64,000 nt of DNA from Octopus sinensis (lineage: Eukaryota): assembly GCF_006345805.1 (NCBI RefSeq), contig NC_043018.1:5394001-5458000 (forward strand), read 5' to 3'. A program made the translations under genes and the position numbers. Within the stretch, counting starts at the first letter, position 1. Each line of letters opens with the position of its first letter. Shown here one piece after another: positions 37,633-50,273 of this stretch. Under the pieces are notes generated by a model, which did not search any database, had not been told where the DNA came from, and saw only the letters and a program-made list of their open reading frames with translations.

Positions 37633-38176
37633 GAGTGAGAGAACAGTGCATGCCATCAAAGTGACACTGGGATAAAATATACGAAGTCCAGTACACCCAT
37701 CATGACTACCCGTCTGATAAGACACATGCATCACAATTATATGTGCGCGACATGGTGATCTCATATCAAGATAAACAGCACATGACCTTGCAGGTGGGGC
37801 CCAGTTAGAATTTTCTTCTGGTTGAGTAGCCCATCCCGCTCAAAAGGTCTCTGAATAAGGGTTGTTTAAGGATGTAGAACGAAATACCCATGTTTCCAGA
37901 GGTGAATTATAGAAACCCCAAAGAATCCCTCTTAACACATGGCTATGATGCTCCCCCACTACTTCTGCTCGTGATCAGAGATGGACATAGTGCTAGCCAC
38001 TAAGGGACATGCTCAACTGGTTAAGGTCAAACAACTGACAAGCAAATATGTGGTATTGAGCAGAATATTTGCTGTAGCCCATCTTTTATACCAAGACAAA
38101 ACAATGTACATGATAACACTTCCAATCAGTTAAGATCAGAAGCCACGAGAGTCACTGCTTGGTACTGCAACAGAGC

Positions 38177-38178
<2 letters not shown>
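37633..38178 (-). mobile_element. Non-coding (TAA)n-targeted element E, copy 1
   Basis: Colinear end to end with 53982-54536; (TAA)n on both flanks. Confidence 0.8.
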
Positions 38179-38216
<38 letters not shown>

Positions 38217-38221
38217 GTCTT

Positions 38222-38293
38222 TTATTTTCTTCTTCTTTCAAATTTACTTCCATTTCTTGCCGAGTGTCTTCCCGACACCTAGGGCAAAGAAAT
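38222..38293 (-). mobile_element. ~70-bp 3' stub of R4/Dong family 1
   Basis: Matches 14426-14497 (TTTCTTTGCCCTAGG.GTCGGGAAGACACTCGGCAAGAAATG...). Confidence 0.85.
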
Positions 38294-38299
38294 TTATTG

Positions 38300-38351
<52 letters not shown>

Positions 38352-38352
<1 letters not shown>

Positions 38353-38960
38353 TGACCTGCTTGAGATGCGTGCAGGGAGACGAAGCCGTTCTGCACGCAC
38401 TTGTCCTGTGTCCATACATTACTGACAGGTGGAATTATGTCGAACAGTTGTTGCTGCATTTAGGATGGATTCGGTTATCGGCCGAGTCCATTGTGAAGAT
38501 AGACCCGCTGCCTTCTTTTGGCCAGGAAGGGCAGGCAATTGTCCTCTGTCTAGTAACAGTAGCGAAAAAGGTTATATGGTGGACCAGATTGAAAGGACTG
38601 AAGACAGACTCTTTTCTCTTCGAACAATCCCTCATCAACTTTTTCAAATTTCAGTAGGAAAGGAAGATGAGGGTGAAGAGAGAAGGGATGCACCCCCCCC
38701 CCAGTACATTTGCTGTAATGTGGGCGAATGTAGCGAAAATGGCCCGGGTAAGTGAACCTACTCTAATAATACAACTGTAGGCTGGTGAATTTGAGGAGAG
38801 GTGTACCCTTCCCGAGTATCCTTGAAGCGTCGGGTAGTTCAAGATTGGTGGTGTATCTGAGCCAACTCTGGATGGTCATTCCCCACCCCTGTTGGGTAAA
38901 TCACATTGTTATGTTTTTCTTGTTTAATGTTTATTGTTATTGTTTTCCTAATTTGTAACT
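38352..38960 (+). mobile_element. Tx1/L1-like LINE 3' end
   Basis: CLRCVQGDEAVLHALVLC zinc knuckle and KKVIWWTR, followed by UTR-like sequence. Confidence 0.65.
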
Positions 38961-39806
38961 CGTTGCTTTATGTAAAGCTTCTACTGTCCCCGTCTACTGT
39001 ATTGTCCCCTATATGTCGGCCCTAGCCGTTTCGGGGCCTACCTCTCGACGACATCAATGTGTGCCGGTCCCCACTCACTGATATGAGGCCCCGTTTGCTA
39101 GGTCAACTGGTTATCAAATAAAGCTCAATATTCTTCTAGCCATCGCTTATCGTCTCTTTTTAACCAAATCCAGTGGCTAGCCTTCTCCACTGTAGATTGG
39201 ATATCGGTCATGATGGTATTGACTTTACGATGAGTTAGGCCTAGCAATAACAGTCGTCTCAAAATTTATTATTATTATTCATTTAAAAAAATTTCTGTCA
39301 GTGTCACATCCTTCAATATCCCTTACATCAAAGTTAGATAGAGATAGAGTAATACTTAGATAACTAGAGAGAGAGGGAGAGAGAGAGAGAGGGGGGAGAG
39401 AGAGATAGAGAGAGAGATAGAGAGAGTGGAGAGAGAGAAAGAGACAGACAGAGATAGGTAGAGGGAGAGAGAGAGAAGGAGAGAAAGAGAGAGAGAAGGA
39501 GAGAGAGAGTGGAGAGAGAGAAAGAGACAGACAGAGACAGGTAGCGAGAGAGAGATAGAGACAGAGACAGAGAGAAAGAGAAGGAGAGAGTGAGAGAGAG
39601 AAAATGTCAATTATATATTGACCCTACTTGAGTGATTCCAATACTTCTGCGATTCTCTGACGCAATCCTTCACATTTAACATAATTTAAAGTGTGTTAAA
39701 CACTTGCAAGTCTCGGCTCAAATATACATGTACAAGAATTATGTTCTTTTGATATATGATTTTATGTACGCGTCTTAATTAAAGCATATGTGCTTCATAT
39801 ATATAT

Positions 39807-40062
39807 AGGAGTGGCTGTGTGGTAAGTAGCCTGCTTACCAACCACATGATTCTGGCTTCAGTCCGACTGCGTGGTACCTTGGGCAAGTGTCTTCTACTAT
39901 AGCCTCGGGCCGACCAAAGGCTTGTGAGTGGATTTGGTAGACGGAAACTGAAAGAAGCCCGTCGTATATATGTATGTATATGTATATATGTATGTGTGCG
40001 CGTGTGTGTGTGTATTTGTGTGTCTGTGCTTGTCTCCCCAACATCGCTTGGCAACCGATGCT
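39807..40062 (+). mobile_element. SINE family A (3'-truncated)
   Basis: Head, CORE-like part and microsatellite present. Confidence 0.85.
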
Positions 40063-40199
40063 CGCTACATACATGATTTTTAACTTGCGTGCGAGATGGT
40101 TTGCGTGAATATATGTACACATGCATTTATGTGTATATTTAGATCTATATTCATACGTCTGTATATGTATAGCGTTGGCGCGCATCCTTTTGTGTATTT

Positions 40200-40645
40200 T
40201 AATAAAAATATGTATTGCAGTGTAATATTTATAACAGGTTTAATTTCTATGAATTAATTTATACTTTCTTCATTAACGTCAATATGTATTTTATTCAATG
40301 TAAGGTTTTTTCCTCGGATTTTATAATTTTTTATAAGTTTTTTTTATATATATATACATATATTTTTGACTTTTTTGTTTATCGCTCGAAGATTGACCGT
40401 TTTTTTCTAAAGGGCCAATCAAACGAGTCCATTTCTTTTTAAAGGTGTAGCGTTTCTAAGAGTCTAGATTGAATTGATATATCGGTTCCATTCTAGCAAA
40501 AACTGTCTGATGAACGGCAACGAGAAACTCAGAGTAACAGATTTTGTTGAATTTTCTGCTGCTTAAAATAAAGCATATTACTCTACCACTGGTATTTGAG
40601 TACTCTTTTTTTCCACGTTGTTTCACATTTATGTGTTTACTCCGG
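40200..40645 (+). mobile_element. (TA)n-anchored AT-rich element carrying a hammerhead motif
   Basis: Ends at (TA)n about 100 bp downstream of the hammerhead. Left boundary approximate. Confidence 0.45.
40497..40546 (+). ncRNA. Minimal type I hammerhead ribozyme candidate
   Basis: CAAAAACTGT-CTGATGA-ACG GCAA CGA-GAAA-CTCAGAG-TA-ACAGATTTTG. Helix I has 9 bp with one mismatch; GUA cleavage triplet. Confidence 0.65.
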
Positions 40646-40691
40646 TATATATATATATATATATCCTTCAAGTTTTTGCTATTATATATAT

Positions 40692-40789
40692 GTGTGGCAC
40701 CTTGGGCAAGTGTCTTCTACTATAGCCTCGGGCCGACCAAAGCCTTGTGAGTGGATTTGGTAGACGGAAACGGAAAGAAGCCCGTCGTA

Positions 40790-40836
<47 letters not shown>

Positions 40837-41053
40837 GTGTGTGTTTGTGTGTCTGTGTTTGTCCCCCCAAATTGCTTGACAACCGATGCTGGTGTGTTTA
40901 TGTCCCCGTTACTTAGCGGTTCGGGAAAAGAGACCGATTGAATAAGTACTGGGCTTACAAAAGAATAAGTCCCGGGGTCGAGTTGCTCGATTAAAGACGG
41001 TGCTCCAGCATTGCCGTAGTCAAATGACTGAAACAAGTAACAGAGTAAAAGAA
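40692..41053 (+). mobile_element. SINE family A (head-truncated)
   Basis: Starts at GTGGCACCTTGGGCAAGT; complete tail. Confidence 0.85.
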
Positions 41054-41498
41054 AAAGAGAGCGTGTGTATGTGCGCGCGCGCGTGTTGTTTTGTCTGCCT
41101 GTCTGTCTGTCTGTCTGTATGTATGTATGTATGTATTGAACATACATATTCACCGCCACCCCGCTCGCTGTTAAATTTATCTTATCTAGCCTAGCTTCAC
41201 TTTCACTTCTTCTTCCTCTGTTATACGCATTAAAATATACGCTTATAATAAGCAGACACCCTATATTGCGTATATACACGCGCACGTGTGTTTGTTTTAA
41301 AGGTTGAAGAGGGTTAATGCATGTATGTAGATAATTAATAATGGTTTCGGTTTGAAGTGTATAGACTTCCCATTGCTACATACATACACACATACATACA
41401 TACATACATACATACATACATACATACATAATACATACATACATACATATATACATGCCCCAGCATGGGCGCAGTTTAATGACTGAAACAAGTAAAAG

Positions 41499-41531
<33 letters not shown>

Positions 41532-41604
41532 CTGTGTGAAATGTGATTTAGTATTTCTAAATTGAATTTGTTTCCTTATAAGTTAGGACTAATATTCCCC
41601 CAAA

Positions 41605-41704
<100 letters not shown>

Positions 41705-41861
41705 TAAGAAAGTTGGTTTGTGAAAGCACGTGGTTGAATATATAGAAAATAGTAATAAGTGAAAAAACTACAGAAGGCTTAAAGGTTAAAAAATATATAT
41801 TTGCGTCAATATGTCTGAAGAATATTAAAAAAATTTTTTTCCTTACATTGACATAATTTAG

Positions 41862-41900
41862 AAGAAAGACCGGTTTCGCGTTTAGCTTTTCAAATTTCTT
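41862..41900 (-). ncRNA. Hammerhead-like motif in the inverted pLTR (mirror of 44389-44427)
   Basis: Identical sequence on the opposite strand. Confidence 0.5.
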
Positions 41901-42575
41901 GCGACGTTATGTTTATGTTGAATAGAGTTATCGTTATGTTTATGTTCAAAAGAGTTCTACATAAGGGGAGGTAATGAGTGATTTCTTCCGGTGTAAGGGA
42001 GATAATCGCTTAAAATTTTTTTCCTTTCCCTTGGTGTGAATTCTCTGTATCAGTATGTTGGCATGGTTAAGTCTGGGCTTGTACTTTTCAATGAAGAATG
42101 TTTCCTTGTTTAGTCTAATTTGTGTTGATGATCCGATAGCACATTGGTAAAATGGAAAGATTAAAAATTGTGGTAGTAGTTGCTTTGCGCATTTCTCAAT
42201 GTGCTCACTAAAGGTATCATTCTGTATTCTGGGAATGCAATCTGTTGTCGATGCAGTGTGCATCTACGTCTGAGTGATAGTCCCGTGGATCCCACGTAGT
42301 CTTGGTGGCAGCCCGAGCATTTTATGACATAAATTATGTTTTCAGAAGCACAAGTAAAGTTAGATTTGATCTTGAATTTCTGTCCCTCTTTAAAGAGGAA
42401 TTCTGATCCTTCTAGCAGGTTTGGACATGTTGCACAGTTCGATCTACCACATTTTTTTACTTTTGCATCCGTAATTTCAGAAAACAATTTTGCCTTTGTG
42501 AGAATCTTTTTAAGTGATTTAGGTTGTTTGTAGCTTTTAGTGATTTGGTGTATGTTTAGAATTTCCTTTAATTTG

Positions 42576-43758
42576 GGTCTGCCAAAAATTCATAAAAGCC
42601 AAATTATAAATGAAACCATTAAAAAATCACCAAAGACATACATACACACACCTAACCCGGGGGACCTAAAACTACGACCCATTGTAGCTGGCCCAACCTG
42701 TGAAACACACAGACTAGGTCTATTTATGGACATCCTCCTGAAACCCTTCCTTAAACATATCGATAGCCATATCAGAGATGACTTAGATATGTTAAACCAC
42801 CTTCCAAAAAAAGCCAAGGAAGAAACAATCCTGGTTTCATTTGATGTAGTTAACTTATATACCAGTATACCTCATAATTATGGACTAGAGGCAATACAGT
42901 TCTGGCTGGACCAATTTCCGGTAGAAATGCCAAAAAGGATCAGTAAACGATTCATTACTAAATCAATTGAATTCATCCTACACAATAACCACTTCATGTT
43001 TGACAATACATTTTACCGTCAAAAATCCGGAATTGCTATGGGTACAAGGGCAGCACCAGTCATTGCGAACCTAACAATGGGCTACATGGAAATAATCATT
43101 TACCAGGAATCTTTATCAATCTTTGGAAACCCCCTTTCTCAATACATAAAAGAGAATTGGAAACGATTCTTAGACGATTGTTTTATACTCTGGAATGAAA
43201 ACAGATAAACTCCTAAAATTTAAAAACCTATTGAACAGCATAAACCCAAATATACAGTTCACAATGGAATACAACCAAAAGGAGCTCCCGTTCTTGGATA
43301 TACTAATTAAAAACATTAACCTTAAAATAGAAACAGACATTTTTTACAAAGCCACAGACGCCAAACAATACCTTCTTTTTAATTCATGCCACCCAAGACA
43401 CACTAAAACAAACATCTCCTTCAACCTTGCAAGAAGGATATGCACAATAGTGTCAGAACAAAATACCAGGAACTTTAGACTGCAAGAATTCAAAAACACC
43501 CTAATTGACAGACATTACCCAACTCACCTCATAGAGGATGGGATCAGACGTGCAACAGAAATCAACATAGAAACTTTAAGAAAAGTTCAACACAACAACA
43601 CACCTTCCCCGAAAATACTACCTTACATATCTACATACAACCCCAGAAACAAAGAAGCCTTCACCATCATCACCCAGAATTTACCAATACTTCATAAGGA
43701 CCCCAAATTAAAGGAAATTCTAACATACACCAAATCACAAAAGCTACAAACAACCTAA
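42576..43758 (+). pseudogene. Penelope-type reverse transcriptase (frameshift near 43200)
   Basis: GLPKIHK, LRPIV, SFDVVNLYTSIP, YRQKSGIAMGTRAAP, WKRFLDDCF, FLDI, PYISTYNP. Confidence 0.92.
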
Positions 43759-43789
43759 ATCACTTAAAAAGATTCTCACAAAGGCAAAA

Positions 43790-44231
43790 TTGTTTTCTGA
43801 AATTACGGATGCAAAAGTAAAAAAATGTGGTAGATCGAACTGTGCAACATGTCCAAACCTGCTAGAAGGATCAGAATTCCTCTTTAAAGAGGGACAGAAA
43901 TTCAAGATCAAATCTAACTTTACTTGTGCCTCTGAAAACATAATTTATGTCATAAAATGCTCGGGCTGCCACCAAGACTACGTGGGATCCACGGGACTAT
44001 CACTCAGACGTAGATGCACACTGCATCGACAACAGATTGCATTCCCAGAATATAGAACCCATGAATATAGAATCTTTTAGTGAGCACATTGAGAAATGCG
44101 CAAAGCAACTACAACCACAATTTTTAATCTTTCCATTTTACCAATGTGCTATCGGATCATCAACACAAATTAAACTAAACAAGGAAACATTCTTCATTGA
44201 AAAGTACAAGCCCAGACTTAACCATGCCAAC
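43790..44231 (+). pseudogene. Cys-rich linker plus GIY-YIG endonuclease (Neptune-like architecture)
   Basis: CGRSNCATC, FTCASENIIYVIKCSGCHQDYVGST..SLRRR...H, ETFFIEKYKPRLN. Confidence 0.88.
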
Positions 44232-44388
44232 ATACTGATACAGAGAAATTCACACCAAAGGAAAGGAAAAAAATTTTAAGCGATTATCTCCCTTACACCG
44301 GAAGAAATCACTCATTACCTCCCCTTATTTAGAACTCTTTTGAACATAAACATAACGATAACTCTTTTCAACATAAACATAACGTCGC

Positions 44389-44427
44389 AAGAAATTTGAA
44401 AAGCTAAACGCGAAACCGGTCTTTCTT
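44389..44427 (+). ncRNA. Minimal hammerhead-like motif with U3-A8 core variant
   Basis: AAGAAA-T-TTGAAAA-GC TAAAC GC-GAAA-C CG G-TC-TTTCTT; palindromic ACCGGT helix III. Confidence 0.5.
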
Positions 44428-44544
44428 CTAAATTATGTCATTGAAAGGAAAACATTTTTTTTAATATTCTTCAGACATATTGACGCAAATATATATATTT
44501 TTTAACCTTTAAGCCTTCTGTAGTTTTTTCACTTTTTACTATTT

Positions 44545-44547
<3 letters not shown>

Positions 44548-44608
<61 letters not shown>

Positions 44609-45079
44609 TGTCTATTTATCTATCCATCTATCTATAAACACACACGTTATATATATGCCCCAGCATGGCCACAGCTTTGGGTCGAATCTGAAAAAAAAAG
44701 ATACACACATATGCGCACTTTTTTACACACACACATATATGAGTGTTCATGTATGTATGTATGTATGTATGGATGGATGGATGGATGGATGGATGGATGT
44801 GTGTATGTATGTATGGATGTGTGTATGTATGTATGTATGTATGTATTATGTATGTAAGTATGTATGTATGGATGGATGGATGGATGGATGGATGTGTGTA
44901 TGTATGTATGGATGTGTGTATGTATGTATGTGTATATGTATGTATGTATGTATGTATGTGTGTATGTATGTATGTATGTATGTATGTATGTATGTATGTA
45001 TGTATGTATGTATGTATGGATGGATGGATCTATCTATCTAGCCATTCATTTATTCATTTCTCTGTCTATAGATCTATTC

Positions 45080-45118
<39 letters not shown>

Positions 45119-45321
45119 TTTTCATGTCTTTTGTTTTTCGTTTTCTTGTTTTTTGTTTTTCGTTTTCTTGTTTTTTGTTTTTTTGTTATTCCCGTTTCTA
45201 CGTCTTATTGTGATGTACTGTACTCACGTATAATTAATTATATATGCATGTATATATACATGTAGATGTAGGTACGCACATATATGTTTGTATGTATGCA
45301 TATATTTATATTTATCACCTT

Positions 45322-45366
<45 letters not shown>

Positions 45367-45379
45367 AATATATATATAT

Positions 45380-45416
<37 letters not shown>

Positions 45417-45453
45417 CATACACACATACATACATACATACATACATATATAC

Positions 45454-45537
<84 letters not shown>

Positions 45538-46058
45538 ATAGATGCTCACACACACATACGTATATTCATTCATCTTTACGCATATAACTACATATATACC
45601 TATATATGCTCACGCAACAGCTATAGCAGAGTCTACTAACTCAATAATCATATCTATCTGCCTCGTTTCGCTCTGTCCATGCCATGTGGAACTTCAATTT
45701 GCTTCTATGTATCAATATCTGTGTACATTTATATCTAAATCTTTGAACAAAGTAAATCTTTCCAACTGAGAACCTAAGGCAATGTCGTGGATGACACGGT
45801 TCGCTGAAAGCTGTCAGTGAAGGATCAAAAACCGTACTATATTATATACATATATACATAGATACATGCATGCATACATACATACATACATACATACATA
45901 CATACATACATACATACATACATACATACATGCATGCATACATACATACATACATACATACATACATACATACATACATACGTGTGTGTGTGTTTATATC
46001 TATCTTCTTATATATCTATATGTATACGTAGATGCATACATGCATATACATACAGACG

Positions 46059-46095
<37 letters not shown>

Positions 46096-46320
46096 TATAC
46101 ACACACATATATTTATACATGCATAAATATATATACACATGCACATATATAATTGGATATGTACTTTCGCCTCTTCATTCTCTCTCTTTCTCTGTAGTAT
46201 GTATACACACACACATACACACACACACGTGTGTCTGGTGTCTGTGTGTATGCGTGTGTGTGTGTGTGTGTGAGAGAGTGTGTGTGTGTGTGCGTGTATA
46301 CGTGTGTGTGTACATATGCG
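44548..46320. repeat. Compound microsatellite field (TC, TA, TATG, GGAT, TACA)
   Basis: Visible directly. Confidence 0.95.
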
Positions 46321-46329
46321 TATGTATTA

Positions 46330-47080
46330 GCAACACATCGACAAGCTACATAGAAATTACGGAGCGTTTTACCTTTAAAAATCGCCTGTACCAACACATC
46401 ACTCGTAATCGTCAACTAGAAAATAACAGTTCCTTCAAAACACATTTGGAAGTCTAGAGTCAAAAGAAAGATCGCAAGTGTTTTATGGACTGTGTTGGAT
46501 AGAACACAAGCACTGAAGGATGGATCAAACGTTGCGAGGTGTCGTACAGAAAACTAGGATCTTTTCGGTTTGAACGGCAGTTTTTTCTAGCGGTATCATA
46601 TGAAATTATCACCCATAATTATGACCCTAGTATCCGATCTATTGCATTTCAATCTGTTTTAGGGTTAGAGTTAGTTAGGGTTAGGGGTGGGGGAAGGGTA
46701 TCTTTTTTTCTTCACAAATACAAATAAACCCAATCTGTTTCTTAAACGAGGGACATATTCATACGGCACAGAATGTTTTCACCTCAAATAGACGTCATTG
46801 ATTGGTTGAAATTGCAGAAATTGAAGAAAAAAACAACAAATATCTTACAAGCAATAGAATTTTCTCAATAAAGCCAAGAGAAAAAGATGTTTTATAAACA
46901 CATTCTACCAGTATACGAAGTTTAAAAGTGTTTAGTTACGTGGAAATTATTTTAAAAAACTGCCGTTCAAACCGAAAAGATCCGAAAACTATTCTCTCCA
47001 GTCTTATCCCTTACTTTATTCTTTAACAAAGGAGTGAACTTCGTGATACTTGCATAAATTTTTTCACAATCTGCTCTTAG
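46330..47080 (+). pseudogene. Degenerate second Penelope-type endonuclease, split by MITE D
   Basis: SYIEITERFTFKNRLYQH...; after the MITE, QRSELRDTC resembles LNKRSEL..C.H. Confidence 0.5.
46557..46983 (-). mobile_element. MITE family D, copy 3
   Basis: TSD GAAAACTA at 46549-46556 and 46984-46991; TTAGGG-like run inside. Confidence 0.92.
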
Positions 47081-47654
47081 AAGAAGTTCCGTTTACCATC
47101 TTGTTCAGAAAGTGAGACTGGTTGTGTGCAAGGCCTCGCCTCACTTTTAATAGGATCAAGCACAGACGTCGCTTGACATACCGTCATCGTCATCTTATAC
47201 TCGAGAACGAAGAAGCGACCATTATGTATGTATGTATAGGCCCCAACATCCAGATGGTCGGGTTGTTGCCAAGATGATGGGGTTGGAGGCTGGCTTGCAG
47301 TCAGTGTGGAATGATTTGTAGGTCTCTTGCAGGCCTTAGGAGTCAATATGAAGCCTCATCAACGATGGAGAGGTTTCTTAGAGTGAGATGTTTCTTAGAG
47401 TGAACAGGATTCAAGAAGTGGTCTAATTCAGACACGAATTGACTTCCACCATATATTTATCTGAAGATGATTCTTTCAGTGACTCTCTGAGACTCCTGAC
47501 TCATGTCTGTAACGTAAGAATGAATCCCTGAAGAATTCATTCTTTCATCATATACTTAAATTTAGATAATTTCTGTTGTATATAGATATGTAAGGTATTG
47601 CCAATAACTTTATTTAGGCTACAACATAAATATACTGTATACGTTAAGGGTAGT

Positions 47655-47974
47655 GATGGTGTGTGGCTTAGTGTTTAGGGCATTCGGTTCCCGATCGTAA
47701 GGTCGTGAGTTCGATATCCGGCAGTGCTTTGTGTCTTTGGGCAAGACACTTTATTTCACGTTGCTCCAGTCCACTCAGCTGGTCACTATGACTAGTACCT
47801 GTATTTCAAAGGACCAGCCTTGTCACACCCTGTGTCACGCTGAATCTCCCCGAGAACTACGTAAAGGGTACAGGTGTCTGTGGAGTGCCCAGCCACTTGC
47901 ACGTAAATTTCACGAGCAGGCTGTTCCGTCAATTGTATCAACGGGAATCCTCGTCATCGCAACCTACGGAGTGT
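47655..47974 (+). mobile_element. SINE family B2 head with tail type i
   Basis: GAGTTCGATATCC B-box, B2 body, then the same tail as 3360-3540. Confidence 0.8.
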
Positions 47975-48157
47975 CAGTTATGAAGGGCAGTGGTTCTTAA
48001 CCATATTTTTTTCTGTAGCGGCCCTTTCTAAGTAGTTGTTATCCCTAGCGCCCACCTAAGTGGTGAGTAAGGTATCACGACTAAACTAACTTAACATGGA
48101 TGATAATTTATAAATTTTACTAAAAAAATGGATTGTATAAACTTTTAACAGTGATAT

Positions 48158-48379
48158 ATTTCTGTATTGCCCACAAGGGGCTAAACATAAAGGGGACAAA
48201 CAAGGACAGACAAAGGGATTAAGTCGATGACATCGACCCCAGTGCGTAACTGGTACTCTAATTATCAACCCCGAAAGGAGGAAAGGCAAAGTCGACCTCG
48301 GCGGAATTTGAACTCAGAACGTAGCGGCAGACGAAATATTGCTAAGCATTTCGCCCGGTGCGCTAACGTTTATGCCAGC
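48158..48379 (-). mobile_element. SINE family C with ~15-bp imperfect TSD
   Basis: TTTTAACA(G/A)TGATAT on both flanks. Confidence 0.85.
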
Positions 48380-48695
48380 TTTTAACAATGATATGACAAA
48401 AAATAAGAAAACGTTGTAAATTTACTTAATAGATTGCAAGTTAATGACTTTCCTAAGCCTGATGAGATCTAACTAAATTTTCTGTATCAGGTTGGATTTT
48501 AGTCAAAAGAAATCGTGAGTCTCCTCTGACTTGTTGCTAATTTATTTCGCTGCATAATCAGGAATTGCAATGCCGCACAGAATCCTTTCTCAACTATTAT
48601 TAAGGCGAGCTGGCAGAAACGTTAGCAAACTGGGCGAAATTCTTAGCGGCATTTCGCCTGCTACGTTCTGAGTTCAAATTCCAGCACCAACACTA

Positions 48696-49100
48696 GTGGA
48701 GGCACAATGGCCCAATGGTTTGGGCAGCGGACTCGCTGTTTCGATTCCCAGACCGGGCGTTGCGTGTGTTTATTGAGCGAAAACACCTAAAGCTCCACGA
48801 GGCTCCGACAGGGGGTGGTGGCAACCCCTGTTGTACTCTTTCGCTCCAACTTTCTCTCACTCTTTCTTCCTGAATCTTGTCCCCGACTTCCTACGCAACA
48901 GCTGAGCCTGGATGCGCATTCATCCATCCGTCGATGCTCTCGGTGTTGGGGGGTTGACCTGCTTTCTCTTCTGCGGGTCTTACGAATAGTAAAGGACCAC
49001 GTTTCAGACTTCTCCCACTACAGAGGCGCGATCTTGCGAGCTCTGGGACGAAGACCGCTTCGCTCACTCACCAACACCAGCACCAGCACCACCAGCACTA
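48696..49100 (+). mobile_element. SINE family B with tail type iv
   Basis: Family B head and body, unique GC-rich tail, (ACCAGC)n end. Confidence 0.8.
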
Positions 49101-49226
49101 CCAGAACAGCAGCTGGAATAAGAACTGGTATCAAAAGCATATTGCCATCATACTAGGGGATTACAACTTAACACAAATATATTATCATTCATTACATAAA
49201 GTGTTGGTGAAAGCAATGAGTTATTA

Positions 49227-49393
49227 GGGGAGTGGCTGTGTGGTAAGTAGCTCGCTTCATAACCACATGGTTCCGGGTTTAATCCCACTGCGTGGCACCT
49301 TGAGCAAGTGTCTTCTACTATAGCCTCGGGCCGACCAAAGCCTTGTGAGTGGATTTGGTAGACGGAAAGTGAAAGAAGCCCGTCATATATATA

Positions 49394-49452
<59 letters not shown>

Positions 49453-49972
49453 ATATTGTATGTGTGTGTATATGTTTGTGCGTCTGTGTTTGCCCCACCC
49501 CCGCAACATCGCTTGACAACCAATGCTGGTGTGTTTGCGTCCTCGTAACTTAGCGGTTCGGCAAAAGAGACTGAGAGAATAAGTACTAGGCGTACAAAGA
49601 ATAATGGCCCAGTGGTTAGGGTAGCGGACTCGCTCTCGTGGCATCGAGGTTTCGATTCCCAGACAGGACATTGTGAGTGTTTATTGAGCGAAAACATCTA
49701 AAGCTCCACGAGGTTCCATCAGTGGGTGGTAGCGAACCCTGTTGTACTCTTTCACCACAACTTTCTCTCACTCTTTCTTCCTGTTTCTGTTGTACCTGTA
49801 TTTCAAAGAGCCAGCCTTGTCTCACTCTATGTCACGCTGAATCGCCCCAGGAACTACGTTAAGGGTACACGTCTCTCTAGAGTGCTCAGCCACTTACACG
49901 TTAATTTCACGAGCAGGCTGTTCCGTTGATCGGATCAACTGGAACCCTCGTCATCGTAACCGACGGAGTGCC
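49227..49972 (+). mobile_element. SINE A (49227-49602) abutting SINE B with tail i (49603-49972)
   Basis: Junction AGAATA|ATGGCCCAGTGG. Confidence 0.85.
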
Positions 49973-50044
49973 ACGATTACAACAACTACCGTAACCACCA
50001 CTACCATTACCATCACCATCAGCACCATCACTACCATCACTATC

Positions 50045-50273
50045 TATTTCTTTACTACCCACAAGGGGCTAAACACAGAGGGGACAAACAAGGACAAAGG
50101 GATTAAATCGATTACATCGACCCCAGTGCGTAACTGGTACTTAATTTATCGACCCCGAAAGGATGAAAGGCAAAGTCAACCTCGGCGGAATTTGAACTCG
50201 GAACGTATCGACAGACGAAAAACGGCTACGCATTTCGTCCGGCGTGCTAACGGTTCTGCCAGCTCGCCGCCTT
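50045..50273 (-). mobile_element. SINE family C, full copy
   Basis: All family motifs present. Confidence 0.88.

Larger units (their letters stand above)
41744..44547 (+). mobile_element. Penelope-like element, 5'-truncated, with inverted copy of its 3' end
   Basis: 41744-42579 is the reverse complement of 43699-44547; flanked by (TA)n. Confidence 0.92.

Noticed and set aside
38150-38178. U2 snRNA similarity (TTGCAGTACC) at the 5' end of element E
   Set aside because: Only a 10-nt match; no other U2 features.
45790-45830. Hammerhead-like CTGACA-GCTTTCAGC-GAAC-CGT-GTC (minus strand)
   Set aside because: It needs two core insertions and has no helix I.
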